From Antedon mediterranea (taxonomy: Eukaryota > Animalia > Echinodermata): a stretch of 64,000 nucleotides of DNA. The stretch spans positions 17,869,237 to 17,933,236 of the forward strand of contig NC_092672.1 of NCBI RefSeq assembly GCF_964355755.1, read 5' to 3'. Numbering within the stretch: the first letter of the stretch is position 1; every line of letters starts with the position of its first letter. The position numbers and the translations under genes were made by a program. Below are positions 62,647 through 64,000 of the stretch, one piece after another. The notes under the pieces were generated by a model, which was not told the origin of the DNA, did not search any database, and saw only the letters and a list, made by a program, of their open reading frames with translations.

Positions 62647-62709
62647 ATGTCTTAGAGGAAATGTGGAATATGATCATGGAACAAATGTCAAGTTTAGTCC
62701 AGATTGCAA
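62647..62709 (+). CDS. TBL2: TBL2 homolog, coding exon 4; gene continues beyond the right edge
   Basis: Acceptor ATTCAG|, 63 bp, phase 2 matching exon 3. Encodes CLRGNVEYDHGTNVKFSPDC(K). Donor AA|GTAAGT. Implies an intron of about 20 kb. Confidence 0.88.
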
Positions 62710-63443
62710 GTAAGTCTAATTATTTTAAATTGTGTATTATTTTTGTATGAAAGACATCATCAAATGTAGGCCTTGGCTAGGCCTACATTTTATTTGATTC
62801 AAATGACAGGAATCTATTTAGATGTTATAGTTGGTGATTGCTGAAAGGTTATATATCAACTCGGCTGTCGCCTTGTTGATATATAACCTTTTATCATTTA
62901 CCTCATGCCATTATCTGTACCATTACACTCATAAACATTCATTATTTGTATACTATTAAATGGGATCTAAATTTTAATTTAGTAGCAGAAAAAAACATTT
63001 AGTTTGAAATTAAGGGTGTGTTAACTGGGGCAAAATTCGTGGAAAGAAGGAAGAATATAGAAAAAAAGAAAAATAAAAGATGGTTACAATAACAAGGGTT
63101 ATCTCCCAAGTTGGATGCACTATGAGGTGATAGGTAAACTTGTGCTCTTTGAATGCAGACAGGTGAATCCCCTTTTTTTTTTGGTGCCTCACTGAGATTC
63201 ATGTCAGTAGGCTTATAGCTGATAGCTATTATAATGTGCTTAAAGGATCACAATTAGTTGCTCTCCTTGAAGGTTGTTAAGGAGGGTGGATGAGCATGAA
63301 AAAAAAAAAATGACTGATGTTTGTTGTGAATTGACTGATAAATTATGCAAGAGCCTTGTCAGGAAATGTTTTGAAAAAAAGATCTGATCTCTTAAATTAA
63401 AGTTTTTGTGCTGTTGTGTAAAACTTTGTTTATTGCTGTAAAT

Positions 63444-64000
63444 TATTAGGTGATCATTTACAATAAAATGATCACCTATTGTTATTGTATGAAATCTTTA
63501 TTGTTGTTATTATTGTTTCTGTACACTATTTTGTGTAACAATTATCTCAAAAAGTTTAATGTTAATGATTATCAAAATTTCACAATGTCTTTCAAATTCT
63601 TTAACTTAGTCCTAATAAGCTTTTCAGCTCGATCACTCATCCGTGACGTAATTTATACGCCATTTTGTGAAATCACATTATCAGTCATATCTCCATAATT
63701 CATTATTACATATTAATGAAATTCACTATACATAAACTTCAGGTAAAGGGTAAAAATATTAGCCAATAAAACGCACGCGCACGTAGGGTAATACGCGTGA
63801 AATCGCGCGTTTTTGCGCGCGCAATTCTTAAAAAGCGTAAAAATACACATTTTTTGTAGAAATCGCATTCTACTCACCATCCTTAGTACATTCACCAAAT
63901 TTGAGTTTGTTCCGACTTAAAATAACGTTATACGAGCATGTTAAAAATGACAAAATGCGCACATTAATTGCATAAAAGTGCTGAAAATGATGAAAAATAA
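63444..64000 (+). mobile_element. HINE-like family B, uninterrupted copy running off the right edge
   Basis: Same 5' hairpin as 55076, joined directly to a body matching 58350-58940. Confidence 0.85.

Overview
AT-rich eukaryotic (animal, probably marine invertebrate; inferred from spliced genes and repeat content) DNA with two divergently transcribed intron-containing genes. A DDI1/DDI2-type gene (UBL + retroviral-like aspartic protease) is on the minus strand, with four exons seen, running off the left edge. A TBL2-type gene (N-terminal hydrophobic anchor + WD40) is on the plus strand, with four exons seen, running off the right edge. Most of the remaining sequence is transposon-derived and heavily nested: one intact Rex1/Babar-type LINE, decayed Gypsy, Penelope, RTE and CR1-group retroelements, a solo LTR, many TIR elements with 2-9 bp TSDs, and abundant Helentron-type (HINE/DINE-1-like) elements. 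The most notable observations are: (1) a TIR element carrying a Pol III tRNA-like gene with a Pro-type body and a Thr-type anticodon loop, abutting a minimal hammerhead motif; (2) HINE-like elements that repeatedly insert into the same spot in their own relatives; (3) direct sequence evidence that the ubiquitous TACAGTA/TAGGCCTA motifs are insertions at TA sites, consistent with excision footprints; (4) inverted repeats in the phase-1 first introns of both genes that could swap their first exons in frame; (5) a signal-peptide-like N-terminus on the intact LINE ORF. All alignments were made by eye and no database searches were run.
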